A stretch of 64,000 nucleotides of DNA from Mobula hypostoma (taxonomy: Eukaryota), in the NCBI RefSeq assembly GCF_963921235.1, contig NC_086097.1, positions 240,686,001-240,750,000 on the forward strand, written 5' to 3'. A model generated the notes under the pieces. The model was not told the origin of the DNA. It worked only from the letters and a program-made list of their open reading frames with translations, and did no database searches. Shown one piece after another: positions 26,461 to 40,172 of the stretch (within the stretch, counting starts at the first letter, position 1; each line of letters begins with the position of its first letter). A program made the translations under genes and the position numbers.

Positions 26461-26971
26461 CAATTTATTGGTAACTATTCAATATTTTCTTAACACATCT
26501 TCCTGATATCAATCCTCTTAAAATTCACTTCAATTCCATCTTGCATTTGCTGGCAAAGAATATTCCAATGCTAGCAACACACACAAAATGCTGGAGGAAC
26601 TCAGCAGGCCAAGCAGCATCTAGGAAAAGAGTACAGTTGTTGTTTCAGGCCAAAACCCAATCCTATTAGGTCTGACTGATTGTTATGACTTGAGTTCTGA
26701 TATCCACTTAAATCCTTTACACATCTCCAATCTTTATCTGACATGGATGCCAGAACTGCACAGTTTTCTAGAATTTGCCAAGCCTGTTCCAGTCAAGATT
26801 CTCTATAACTTTACCATAATTTCTTAGCCCTTCAGTCCTGATATTAATTCTGTGAGTTGGCAAACTACAGAAATGTCAGCAAGAGTCGAACTACTTCTTG
26901 GAGCAAAATCTCTGTCCATCATTTGTCCACTTCAGGATTTGCCTTGGAACCTCCAAGAGTAAGCCCTGTTT

Positions 26972-27775
26972 ACATAGAACATAGAACATAGAAAAGTACA
27001 GCACAGTACAGGCCCTTCGGTCCACAATGTTGTGCCGACCCTCAAACCCTGCCTCCCATATAAGACCCCACCTTAAATTCCTCCATATACCTGTCTAGTA
27101 CTCTCTTAAACTTCACTAGTGTATCTGCCTCCACCACTGACTCAGGCAGTGCATTCCACGCACCAACCACTCTCTGAGTAAAAAACCTTCCTCTAATATC
27201 CCCCTTGAACTTCCCACCCCTTACCTTAAAGCCATGTCCTCTTGTATTGAGCAGTGGTGCCCTGGGGAAGAGGCGCTGGCTATCCACTCTATCTATTCCT
27301 CTTATTATCTTGTACACCTCTATCATGTCTCCTCTCATCCTCCTTCTCTCCGAAGAGAGAAGCCCTAGCTCCCTTAATCTCTGATCATAATGCATACTCT
27401 CTAAACCAGGCAGCATCCTGGTAAATCTCCTCTGTACCCTTTCCAATGCTTCCACATCCTTCTTATAGTGAGACGACCAGAACTGGACACAGTACTCCAA
27501 GTGTGGCCTAACCAGAGTTTTATAGAGCTGCATCATTACATCGCGACTCTTGAACTCTATCCCTCGACTTATGAAAGCTAACACCCCATAAGCTTTCTTA
27601 ACTACCCTATCCACCTGTGAGGCAACTTTCAGGGATCTGTGGATATGTACCCCCAGATCCCTCTGCTCCTCCACACTACCAAGTATCCTGCCATTTACTT
27701 TGTACTCTGCCTTGGAGTTTGTCCTTCCAAAGTGTACCACCTCACACTTCTCCGGGTTGAACTCCATCTGCCACT
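26972..27775 (-). mobile_element. Young 5'-truncated CR1 (second subfamily)
   Basis: Open 241-aa ORF2 C-terminus (27042-27767); (TTCTATG)n tail. Confidence 0.9.
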
Positions 27776-29907
27776 TTTTTACAGGTTAAGCCGGTTAATA
27801 GTGTATCTTAACTACAATTTTAACAACCTTTAGATATGTGATTAAAAAGATTTGGTCTATTTACCACGTGTGCATCAAAACAGCAAAACAGAGTGAGGTG
27901 TGTCACACACAAAAAATGCTGGTGAACGCAGCAGGCCTAGCAGCATCTATAGGAAGAGATACAGTCGACATTTTGGGCCGGGACCCTTTACAGTCGACGT
28001 TTCAGGCCGACAAGTGTGCTGCTTGAATTTCCAGCATCTGCAGATTTCCTCGGGTCTGAGGTGTGTCATTTCAGTTAAATCAAATCAGCAAAGTTTGTGC
28101 TGAGGGCTGCCTGCAAGAGTAGCCGCACTTTTGGTGCCAGAATAGCATGCCTACATTTTACTAACCCTAACCCATGTGACTTTGGAATGAGGAAGGACAC
28201 CGGACAACCTGAGGGAAACCAGTGTGTTCATGGGAAGAATATACAAGCTTCTTACAGACAGCAGTGGGAATCAAAGTTCAAAGTAACTTTTATTATCAAA
28301 GAACAAAAATGTTACCATATACAACCCTAAGATTCATCCCCGATCGAACCCCAGTGGTAACTGCTGGCACTGCAACTACCATGTGTTCCAAAGAAGGGAC
28401 TTGGCCCAGAACGTCAACTGCTTGCTCTTTTCCATAGATGCCTCCTGACCTGCTGAGTTCCTCCAGCATTCTGTGTGTGTAGCCTGTGAGAAAATACCTT
28501 AAATTTAAGAAAAATCAAGCTGCTTCATGAACATGGCCTCATTATGTTTATAAAATCTGCCTTTGTCACCTGAAATGCAGAAGTTTTTCATAAATAATGA
28601 AATCATTGTTGCATTAAGTGCAAAGAATGTAAGTATGAGTTTAAATAGAATTGACATCACTGGATTGAACGTTTGGCACATGACAGACAGCAGCATGCCA
28701 ATTTCCTGTCAAGAATCCTTTGAGTTCATCCACTTTCCATTCTGTTTAAGAATATCTCAAATTTCAGTAAATCTGCTTGTAGTTCTTTCAGCAACTTAGA
28801 TAAAATGCAATTCTAAAATCGGTGGCCCTTACCTAGATATCGAGAATGGAGGGCTTGAGATCTGCTCAGCAAGATGCTGTCCCTATTAACCTCACCCAGC
28901 ACTTTGTCGGTGCTGCACTTGGGGCCAACTTGATGCAGACACGGCTTTGCACTCCAGACTGGCTTATCCAAAAGCAGAACGAAAGGCTCCAGGGCAAAAG
29001 CATTTTACTGCCTTTACCAGTGTAAGGGGCAGCGACAGCCTAGTGTACAGTGACATAATCCCAGCATATTAAACCCTTTGGTCCTTGTTTTGACAGAGAA
29101 ATATATACCATGTTCTCATATTGTCATGTCATGTTTTTTATGCAAGCATTTTGCTTTCATGTTTTAACAACAAAATGTTTTCATGAGTAAATGATATGAC
29201 GTCTTTATACATGATTCACAACTTGGCATTGCATAATTAGAGAGATAAAAGTGTTTATAAAACAAAAAATAAGCGACGGCTGAAAACATATAATCAAAGA
29301 TCAGTTAGTCTAATCTAGCCAACATTTAACCCTTAATTAAAGTTTAATCATTAAATATCACATATGTTTTCTATTTGCGTCAGTCATCACTTCAATCTAT
29401 CATCAGGCGTGTTCATTCTTGTAGCACCACTAGGCACTTTGCTGCTGTTGTTCACTAAGTAAAGTTCAAAGTAAATTTATTATCAAAGTACATTAATGGA
29501 CAATTTTTTAAAAAAAAAAACAGCCATGATTGAATGGTAGAGCAGACTTGATGAGCCAAATGGCCTAATTCTGCTCCTAGATCTTATGGTCTTATGGTCT
29601 ATACAAAAATGAGATTTATTTTCTTCCATGCAGATGCAATGAATCTCTAGAACAAAAGAACCAGTGAAAGACCACACCAGCTATGGCACTCAACCAGTGT
29701 GCATAAGACAACAAACTGCATGTACAAAAAGAAATAATAATAATAATAAATAAATAAATAAATAAATAAGCAATAAACATTGAGAATATGAGATGGAGAG
29801 TCCTTGAGAGTGAGCCAATTGGTTGTGGGAACATTTCAATGATGGGGCAAATAAAGATGAGTGAAGGAATTCCCTTTGGTACAAGAGCCTGATGGTTGCA
29901 GGGTAGT

Positions 29908-30595
29908 ATTGCAGGTAGTTGAGTGGGCGAAGCCGTCCTGACCCTCCAAGCAAACCATTGCCTTTGTCAGAGCTGGGGAGCAGCCAATACCTGCCAAAAG
30001 AACATCTGCAGGCATCCTGACCTCTGCAAGGGACTGGCAGCTGTTGGTGGACCTCGAAGGGCAGCTGAAGTTCCCCAACCATATCGCAGCCACCACCCTG
30101 CGACCAGACATTGTCCTAGTGTCTGAGTCTACTAAGCAAATGGTGCTGCTGGAGCTGACAGTCCCAGGGGAAGATCGCTTGGAGGAGGCCTTTGAAAGGA
30201 AGCTCTCCAAGTACGCAGGACTGGTCAGTAACTGTCAGCAGGCTGGATGGAGAGCGAGGTGTCTCCCAGTGGAGGTTGGTTGTAGGGGATTCATAGCCCG
30301 TTCTTTAGTTAGAGCCTTCAGCATTTTGGGCATCGAGGGAGAGAGGAAGAGGAGAGCCATCCGCAGTACCACCGATGCGGCAGAGAGGGCCTCAAGATGG
30401 CTGTGGCTCAAAAGAGGGGAGCCATGGAGTCATAAGTAGCTAGTCATCTGGACACAAGCTGGGGTCTGATCAGCCCCGGCTGGGTCACCTGGAGGAGGTT
30501 GTATGATGTTGAAAGACCCGAAACACCCGATGATTCCAGGAACATCACTGAAGATGTGTCCAGAAGCAGCAATAGATGTATGTACACAGCATGGA
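29908..30595 (+). mobile_element. 3' end of an RLE-type non-LTR retrotransposon (Hero-like)
   Basis: ORF 30044-30439 carries the restriction-like endonuclease motif RPDIV...ELTVP.E...ERK.SKY..L...PVEVGCRGF; inserted in a minus-strand Rex-Babar remnant. Confidence 0.85.
30447..30564 (+). ncRNA. Structured 3' UTR RNA; candidate non-circularly permuted hammerhead ribozyme
   Basis: GUA 30501-30503, GAAA 30520-30523, CUGAAGA 30548-30554 with matching stems (see findings). Confidence 0.6.
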
Positions 30596-31396
30596 TTCCG
30601 AATCTGGTGGTGTGAGCCCTGAGGCTATACCTTCTTCCTGATGGCAGCAGCGAGAAGCGAGTATGACCTAGCTGGTGGCGAGGTCCCTTTCTTTCGACAG
30701 TGTTTCACATAGATATGCTCAGTGGTGGGGAGCACATCTACACATGATTGACTGGGCCATATCCCCTACTTTTTGAGGCTTTTTCATTCAAGAATATTGG
30801 TGTTTCCATAACTGGCTGTGATGCAGCCAGTCAATATACTCTCCACTACATATCTGTAGAAGTTTGTCAAAGATTTAGGTGTCATGCCAAATCTCCACAA
30901 ACTCCAAAGGAAGTAGCAGCATAAACCTAAGGATGGTCAACACTGAACCAACACTGGTGGCTGATTTATCCGTGTATCTAAAGTCATATCTTGAGATGGA
31001 CATCATAAAATATCATCTCTTTTTCAAATCTGCTCTACTTCCACTTCAAACTTAAACCTACTGAATATTGAATGGCCAAGATAGGGTGGATGTGTAAATG
31101 ATGTTTCCAATAGTGAGAGAGTCTAGGACCTTGGGGCATGGGCTCAGAAATACAAGACCATCCCTTTAGAATGGAGATGAGGAGGAATTTCTTTAGCCTG
31201 GGGGCGGTGAATTTGTGGAATGTATTATCGCTGGTGGTAGTGGAGGCCAAGTTATTGGGTATACTTAAAGTGGAATTTAATAGGTTCTTGATTAGTAAAA
31301 GTTCCCAAAGTTATGGAGAGAAGGCAGGACAATGAGGTTGAGAAGGATAATATATCTGCCATGATGGAATGACAGAGCAAACACAATGGGCTGAAT

Positions 31397-33470
31397 GGAT
31401 AAATTCTGCTCCTATGAGTGTCAGGAGGGAGATCAGTGGGGTGGGACGAGTGGACAAGGGATTCATGTTGAGAGCGATCCCTTTGGAAAGCAGAGTGTAT
31501 GAAGAGAGAAAGATGTGTTTAGTGGCAGGATCCTGTTGGAAATGCCAAATGTTATGAAAAATAATGTGCTGGGTTGTGGAGGCTTGTTGGGTAGTAGGTA
31601 AGGATAAGGAAATCTATCCCTGTTATGGTGGCAGGAAGATGGGGGCAAGGGTGGATGTCCAGGAAACGGAGAAGATATGGGTGAGGGCAACATCGATATT
31701 AGAGGAAAGGGGGTATCTTCGATATTCTGGAATGGAAAGCCTCCTCCTGAGAACAGATGCCGTAGAGATGGAGGATCTGAGAAAAGAGAATAGCACTTTT
31801 ATAAGTGACGGGGTGGGAAGAAGTAATGTCAAGTTAGCTGTGAGAGTCAGTAGATTTATAAAAAATATGAGATATTAGCAGATATTATGTTTTCAGAGAT
31901 ATGCTTTTTGCTTTTTTTGCCAGACAGCTAGTGTGTACAGTCCAGGTGTTGATCATTCCTCATTGGTTGTTTTCTAACACAGTTTTGTCAAATATCACTT
32001 TCCCCTGGATCCCTTCCTCTTTTCCTTTCTCCTATGGTCCCTCTCCTTCTTTACCAGCCCTTGACCTTTGCCACCCACCTGGCTTCACCTTTCACCTTCC
32101 AGCCAGCCTGCTTCCCATGTCTCCAATTTCTTATTATGGTGTCTTCTCCCTTCCTTTCCAGTCTGGACAAAGGGTCTCGGCTCGAAATATCAGCTGTTTA
32201 TTCATTTCCGTAGATGCTGCCTGACTTGCTGAGTTCCTCCGACATTTTGTCTGTTGCTCAAGGAAGACATCCCAATGAAAGGCCTGAAATGTCAACTGTT
32301 TATTTCCCTCCATTACTGCTCTCTGACCTGCCGAGTTCCGCCACCATTTTATTTCTGTTATTTACAACCTTACGCTTTTCAAAGGCTTAAAGGTCGAATT
32401 TAATATCAGAGAAATGTATACAATGTAAATCCTGAAATGCTTTTTCTTCGCAAACATCCACGAAAGCAGAGAAGTGCTCCAAAGAATGAATGACAGTTAA
32501 ACGTGAGAACACCAAAGTCCCCCCCAACCCAGCTCCCCCCCCGCGCGCATAAGCGGTAGCGAGCAATGATCCTCCCCACCCACGAGCAAAAAAAAAGGTG
32601 CATCGGTACCGTCACCGAGCAAGCGTGTGCTAAGTAACAGCAAAGGCACAGACCAAAGTTACTCCAAAGGCTTCACATTTCATCCGACATTCAACAAACC
32701 ACAGGTTCTCTCTCTCCCTGGCAAAATCAAAATCATAGTGAGTCAGATTGATGTCCTGTTGCAGGTTAGAACAGGAAAAGCAGGACTTCCAGTTGGCGAC
32801 GCATTGCAATGCTACTTGCTATCTCCATTCCGACCTGTCAGTCCATGTCCTCCTCAAATCAGGTTGGAAGAACTACACCTCATATTCTGTCTGGATAGCC
32901 TCTAACCTATGGGCATGAACATCGATTTCTCAAACTTCTCGTAATTGCCCCCCCTCATTTCCTTCACCATTCCCTATTCCCATTTCTCTCTCTCAGCTTA
33001 CCTCCTTACTTGGCCATCATCTCCCTCTGGTGCTCCTCTGCCTTCCCTTTCTTCCATTGTCTTCTCTTCTCTCCAATCAGATTCCCTCTTCTAGCCCTTT
33101 ATCTCTTTCACCAATCAACCTCCCAGCTCTTTACTTCACCCCCTCCCCCTCTCCTGGTTTCACCTATCACCTGCCACCTTCCTCCACTACCCCCACCTTC
33201 TTAATCTGACTTCTACCCTCCCTTTCCAGTCCTGATGAAGGGTCTCGGCCTGAAACAGCAACAAACTATTGCCTCTTATCCATAGATGCTGCCTGTCCTC
33301 CGGCATTTTGTTTATAATAGACCTTTGTTTTGTCACTGGTTATTCAGGAGACCTAACTAGTGATCTGACGACAAAGAGGAGAAAATCTGTAGATGCTGGA
33401 AATCAAAGTAATACACACGAAATGCTGGCTGATGCAGCCTGGCCTGCTGAGTTCCTCCAGCATTTAGTGA
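31397..33470. mobile_element. Cluster of degenerate Penelope-like fragments and pLTRs in both orientations
   Basis: RLEELHLIFCLDSL GIY-YIG C-terminal remnant (about 32860-32905); hammerhead remnants at about 32157, 32270 and 33226. Confidence 0.6.
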
Positions 33471-35836
33471 TTTAGTGACATGGCGAGACATGAACTCTTG
33501 GCAGCTGAGAGATTCAAATTCAGCTTTTGAAATAAATCTGGCATGAACCTTTAGAATGAGTAGGGTTTTACCATAGAGCCCATCTGGTTTATTGAAGTCC
33601 TTAGGGGAAGAAAAGTTACCACACTTCCCTGGTTTGACGACTCCAAACAGACAGTAATTGATTCATAGCTGCCTCGGAGATGACCTAACAAGCCACTCAT
33701 TGACAAGAAGCCGGGCTGGCCACGGCTTTCTCGAGAGCAGTTGGGAATATGCAATAAATACTGAACTTGTCCATGATGTCCACATCCTGTAAGTGAATAA
33801 TAAATAAGTGGATATTTGGTCAGTCATCTGTCTTCCCGTTATCCAGGGACTGGGTGCCAGAGACCAAAAAGCCCGGTGTACTCGATACCTGCACATGCAG
33901 AGCTGGAGCCAGGAAAAAATGAGCAAAGACATTAAATCAAAGAAATCGGGTTTATTATCTCTGACATACGTCATGAATTTTTTTTTGTTTCTGGCAGCAG
34001 TAGAGTGAAACACAGAACTTATTTATTTCTTGAGATATGGTGCGGAATACATCTTTCAGGCTCCTTGAACGATGCTACCCAGCCTAATCACAGGGCAATT
34101 TACAATGAACATTTAACCCACCAAATGGTATGTCTTTGGACTGTGGGAAGCTGTATTGGTCCTAATGCCCTTCCCTTGGACAACATTGGTGTCGTGGAGA
34201 GGGGAGACTTGCAGCATGGGCAACTGCCGGTCTTCCATTCAACCTTGCCCAGGCCTGCACCCTGGAGAGTGAAGACTTTCCAGGCGCAGATCCATGGTCT
34301 CGCAAGACTAACGGACTGTGGGAGGAAACCGGAGCACCCAGAGGAAACCCACACAGTCACAGGGAAAATGTACAGTATAAATTCCTTATAGACAGTGGCG
34401 AGAGTTGAACCCAGGTACAGTACCATGTATCGCTGGTACTTGTAAAGTGTTCTGCTAACCACTACACTATATTACAATAACAAATTTATATTTTTGAATT
34501 TAATAAATTAAGTAAATAGTGCATAAAGAGGGCAAAAATAATGAGGTCGTGTCCATGTGTTCATTGTCCATTCCAAGCTCTGATGGCGAACGGGAAGAAG
34601 CTGTTGCGAGCACATTGAGTGTGTGTATCCTGTAACCACTTACTGATGGCAGGAATGAGAAAAGAGCATGTTCTGGGTAGTGGGGTGGGAGGGGGGGTGT
34701 CCTTCTTAATGAAGGATGGCACCTTCTTGAGTCATAACCTTTTGAAAATGTCCACAATGATGGGGAGTTGGCTAAGTTTAGAACCCACTGAGGCTTTTTT
34801 GAACGCTGTGTAATAGTGCCTCCATACCAGACACAGATGCAATAACTTAGAATGCTCTTCACGGTACACATTTGGTGACATACCGTATCTATAACAAGGT
34901 TATACCAATATATCAGCAACAACATCATAAGACACGGAATTGGAAATAAAAGTTTAAAGAGAAGGGAGAATGGAACAAAAGTGTAAATATAACAAATTGA
35001 AAATATATATTTTTAAACAACTGAATGTTACTGAGAGGAATACAGCCATTCCTGTTATTTGAATGGGTTTACTGAAGTGAATGTCACTGCTACCTTTTCA
35101 TGATTGCGATTAATTTATTATTTATTTAGTTAGTGGGAGATGGGAACCAGAGGGCCAGAACAGTTAGTGGAGAGGTTGTGGGGGCAGATGTTGGTAAGAC
35201 CGCAGACAAAGTTAGGAATCAAAAGGTTGAGCATGGTGTGACTAATGTCCTGAGCTGCATATATTTCAAAGCAAGAAGTACTGTAGGAAAGGTGAATGAT
35301 AGTTCTGAAAATTAGGTAGCTGGTTTACAAACAGAAGCAATGTGTAGTCAGGAGAGGCTGTTGATAGGGCAAAATTGCTGTCACCAGGATGAGTTACCAC
35401 ATAAAAGACGGAGAAAATCAAAAAGGGTGAATACAGGACTGAAAGCATTGTAATTGAAAGTGGTCAGTATACAGAATAGGTAGATAAACCTGCAGTACAA
35501 TTGCAGATTGGCATGTGCGATGTTGTAGGAATCACTGAATTATAGCTGAAAGAAGATTATAGCTGTGAGTTTAGTGTCCAAGGATACACATTGTATCAAA
35601 AGGACAGGCAGGAAGTTGCTCTGTTGGTAAAAAAAAATCAAATATTTAGAAAAACGTCACATAGGGTCAGAAGGTGTGGATAGAGCTAAAAACTGCAAGA
35701 GTGAAAAAATAGGAGTTGTGTACAGACCCCCAAACAGTAGTAAGGATATGGTCTACAAATTACAATGGGAGATAGAAACTGCATGTCAGAAGGGCAATGT
35801 TATAATAGTCAAGGGGGATTTCAACATGCAGGTAGA

Positions 35837-38800
35837 ACATAGAACATAGAACATAGAACAGTACAGCACAGTACAGGCCCTTTGGCCCACAATGTTGTGC
35901 CGACCCTTAAACCCTGCCTCCCATATAACCCCCCACCTTAAATTCCTCCATATACCTGTCTATTGGTCTCTTAAATTTCACTAGTGTATCTGCCTCCACC
36001 ACTAACTCGGGCAATGCATTCCACGCAGCATAGAAACATAGAAACATAGAAAATAGGTGCAGGAGTAGGCCATTCGGCCCTTCGAGCCTGCACCACTATT
36101 CAGTATGATCATGGCTGATCATCCAACTCAGAACCCTGTACCAGCCTTCCCTCCATACCCCCTGATCCCTTTAACCACAAGGGCCATATCTAACTCCCTC
36201 TTAAATATAACCAATGAACTGGCCTCAACTGTTTCCTGTGGCAGAGAATTCCACAGATTCACCACTCTCTGTGTGAAGAAGTTTTTCCTAATCTCGGTCC
36301 TAAAAGGCTTCCCCTTTATCCTCAAACTGCGATCCCTCGTTCTGGACTTCCCCAACATTGGGAACAATCTTCCTGCATCTAGCCTGTCCAATCCCTTTAG
36401 GATTTTATATGTTTCAATAAGATTCCCCCTCAATCTTCTAAATTCCAACGAGTGTAAGCCTAGTCGATCCAGTCTTTCTTCATATGAAAGCCCTGCCATC
36501 CCAGGAATCAATCTGGTGAACCTTCTTTGTACTCCCTCTATGGCAAGGATGTCTTTCCTCAGATTAGGAGACCAAAACCGTCAACCGTCATATCCACCGT
36601 CAACCCTTTAAGTGTCATTTGCCAGTCTATCTTAGCTAATTCACGTCTCATACCTTCAAAGTTACCCTTCTTTAAGTTCAGAACCTTTGTTTCTGAATTA
36701 ACTATGTCACTCTCCTTCTTAATGAAGAATTCCACTATATTATGGTCACTCTTACCCAAGGGGCCTCTCACGACAAGATTGCTAATTAACCCTTCCTCAT
36801 TGCTCAATACCCAGTCTAGAATAGCCTGCTCTCTAGTTGGTTCTTCGACACGTTGGTTCAAAAAACCATCCCGCATACATTCCAAGAAATCCTCTTCCTC
36901 AGCACCCTTACCAATTTGGTTCACCCAATCTATATGTAGATTGAAGTCACCCATTATAACTGCTGTTCCTTTATTGCACGCATTTCTAATTTCCTGTTTA
37001 ACACCAACCATTCTCTGAATAAAAAAGCTTCCTCTAATATCCCCCTTGAACTTCCCACCCCTTACCTTAAAGCCATGTCCTCTTGTATTGAGCAGTGGTG
37101 CCCTGGGGAAGTAGTGCTGGCTGTCCACTCCATCTATTCCTCTTAATATCTTGTATACCTCTATCATGTCTCCTCTCATCCTCCTTCTCTCTAGAGAGTA
37201 AAGCCCTAGCTCCCTTAATCTCTGATCATAATGCATACTCTCTAAACCAGGCAGCATCCTGATAAATCTCCACTGTACCTTTTCCAATGTTTCCACATCC
37301 TTCCTATAGTGAGGCGACCAGAACTGGACACAGTCCTCCAAGTGTGGCCTAACCAGAGTTTTAGAGAGCTGCATCATTACCTCCCAACTCTTAAACTCTA
37401 TCCCTCGACTTATGAAAGCTAACACCCCGTAAGCTTTCTTAACTACCCTATCTACCTGTGAGGCAACTTTCAGGGATCTGTGGACATATACCCCCAGATC
37501 CCTCTGCTCCTCCACACTTCCTAGTATCCTGCTATTTACTTTGTACTTTGCCTTGGAGTTTGTCCTTCCAAAGTGTACCACCTCACACCCCTCCGGGTTG
37601 AACTCCATCTGCCACTTCTCAGCCCACTTCTGCATCTTATCAACGTCTCTCTGCAATCCTCAACAATCCTCTACACTATCCACAACACCACCAACCTTTG
37701 TGTCGTCTGCAAACTTGCCAACCCACCTTCTATCCCCACATCCAGGTCGTTAATAAAAATCACGAAAAGTAGAGGCCCCAGAACAGATCCTTGTGGTACA
37801 CCACTAGTCACAATCCTCCAATCTGAATGTAGTCCCTCCACCACCACCCTCTGCCTTCTGCAGGCAAGCTAATTCTGAATTCACCTGGCCAAACTTCCCT
37901 GGATCCCATGCCTTCTAACTTTCTGAATAAGCCTACCGTGTGGAACCTTGTCAAATGCCTTACTAAAATCCATGTAGATCGCATCCACCGCACTACCCTC
38001 ATCTATATGCCTGGTCACCTCCTCAAAGAACTCTGTCAGGCTTGTTAGACACGATCTGCCCTTCACAAAGCCATGCTGACTGTCCCTGATCAGACCATGA
38101 TTCTCTAAATGCCCATAGATCCTATCGCTAAGAATCTTTTCCAACAGCTTTCCCACCATAGAAGTAAGGCTCACTGGTCTGTAATTACCCCAACTATCCC
38201 TACTAACTTTTTTGAACAAAGGGACAACATTCCCCTCCCTCCAATCCTCCGGTACCATTCCTGTGGACAACAAGGATATAAAGACCCTAGCCAGGGGCTC
38301 AGCAATCTCTTCCATCGGCTCGTGGAGCAGCCTGGGGAATATTCTGTCAGGCCCCGGGGACTTATCTGTCCTAATGTATTTTAACAACTCCAACACCTAC
38401 TCTCCCTTAATATCAACATGCTTCAGAACATCAACCTCACTCATATTATCCTCACCGTCATCAAGTTCCCTCTCATTCGTGAATACCGAAGAGAAGTATT
38501 CATTGAGGACCTCACTCGCTTCCACAGCCTCCAGGCACATCTTCCCATCTTTATTTCTAATCGGTCCTATCTTCACTCCTGTCATCCTTTTGTTCTTCAC
38601 ATAGTTGAAGAATGCCTTGGGATTTTCCTTTATCCTACTCGCCAAGGCCTTCTCATGCCCCCTTCTTGCTCTTCTCAGCCCCTTAAGCTCCTTTCTTGCT
38701 ACCCTATATTCCTCAATAGACCCATCTGATCCTTGCTTCCTAAACCTCATGTATAGTCCCTTCTTCCACCTGACTAGATTCTCCACCTCACTTGTCACAC

Positions 38801-39883
38801 ATGGTTCCTTCACCCTACCATTCTTTATCTTCCTCACCGGGACTAATTTATCCCTAACATCCTGCAAGAGGTCTCTAAACATTGACCACATGTCCATAGT
38901 ACATTTCCCTGCAAAAACATCATCCCAATTCACACCCACAAGTTCTAGCCTTATGGCCTCATAATTTGCCATTCCCCAGTTAAAAATTTTCCTGTCCTCT
39001 CTGATTCTATCCTTTTCCATGATAATGCTAAAGGCCAGGGAGCAGTGCACTGTCCCCCAGATGCTTACCCACTGAGAGATCTGTGACCTGATCCTGTTCG
39101 TTATCCAGTACTAGATCTATTGTGGCATTCCCCCTAGTTGGCCTGTCAACATACTGCGACAGGAATCCGTCCTGGACACACTTATCAAACTCTGCCCCAT
39201 CTAAACCATTGGAACTAATTAGGTGCTTATCAATATTAGGGAAGTTAAAGTCACCCATGATAACAACACTGTTATTTTTGCACCTCTCTAAAATCTGCCT
39301 CCCAATCTGCTCCTCGGTATCTCTGCTGCGACCAGGGGGTCTAGAGAATACCCCCAATAGAGTAACTGCTCCTTTCCTGTTCCTGACTTCTACCCATACT
39401 GACTCAAAAGAGGATCCTGCTACATTTCCCACCCTTTCTGTAGCTGTAATAGTATCCCTGACCAGTAATGCCACCCCTCCTCCCCTTTTTCCACCCTCTC
39501 TATCCCTTTTAAAGCACTGAAATCCAGGAATATTGAGAATCCGTTCCTGCCCTGGTGCCAGCCAAGTCTCTGTAATGGCCACTACATCAATTCCATGTGT
39601 GTATCCAAGCTCTCAGTTCATCACCTTTGTTCCTGATGCTTCTTGCATTGAAGTACACACACTTTAGCCCTTCTACCTTACTGTCTTTACACCATTTATT
39701 CTGCTTCCCTTTCTTCAAAGCCTCTCTATATGTTAGATCTGGCTTTACTCTGTGCACTATACTTGCAGTTCTCTCATGACCTTTATCCTCCTCCACCTCA
39801 CTATCTGCTCTAACACTCTGGTCCCCCTCCCCCTGCAAATCTAGTTTAAACCCCCTGGAGCAGTACTAGCAAACCTTCCCGCA
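35837..39883 (-). mobile_element. CR1 (second subfamily) with most of ORF2, inserted in the old CR1
   Basis: APE (NARS, TETW, GDFN) to RT to (TTCTATG)n tail; TSD AGGTAGA at 35830-35836 and 39884-39890. Confidence 0.9.
36028..37001 (-). mobile_element. Internally deleted CR1 of the 18.6-kb subfamily, nested in the element above
   Basis: Matches 18630-19175 and 20762-21172; host sequence CCACGCA|CCAACC resumes at about 37002. Confidence 0.9.
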
Positions 39884-40172
39884 AGGTAGATTGGGAAAAT
39901 CAGGTTGGTGCTGGTTTCCAGGAGAGGGGATTTCTAGAATGCCTTTGAGATTACGTTTCCGAGCAGCTCGTGGTTGAGCCGACTAGGAGATCAGTTATTC
40001 AGGATTGGGTGTTGTGCAATGAACCAGAATTGATTAGAGAGCTTAAGGTCAAAGAATCATTAGGGTCAAGTGATCATAATATGATTGAATTCACCCTGAA
40101 ATTTGAGAAGGGGAAGCTAAAGTCCGATGTATCAGTATGACAGTGGAGTAAACAGAATTACAGAGGCCTGAG

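Noticed and set aside
36559..37656. 365-aa ORF fusing an RT C-terminus to an APE fragment
   Set aside because: Chance in-frame junction of two nested CR1 copies, not a novel domain architecture.
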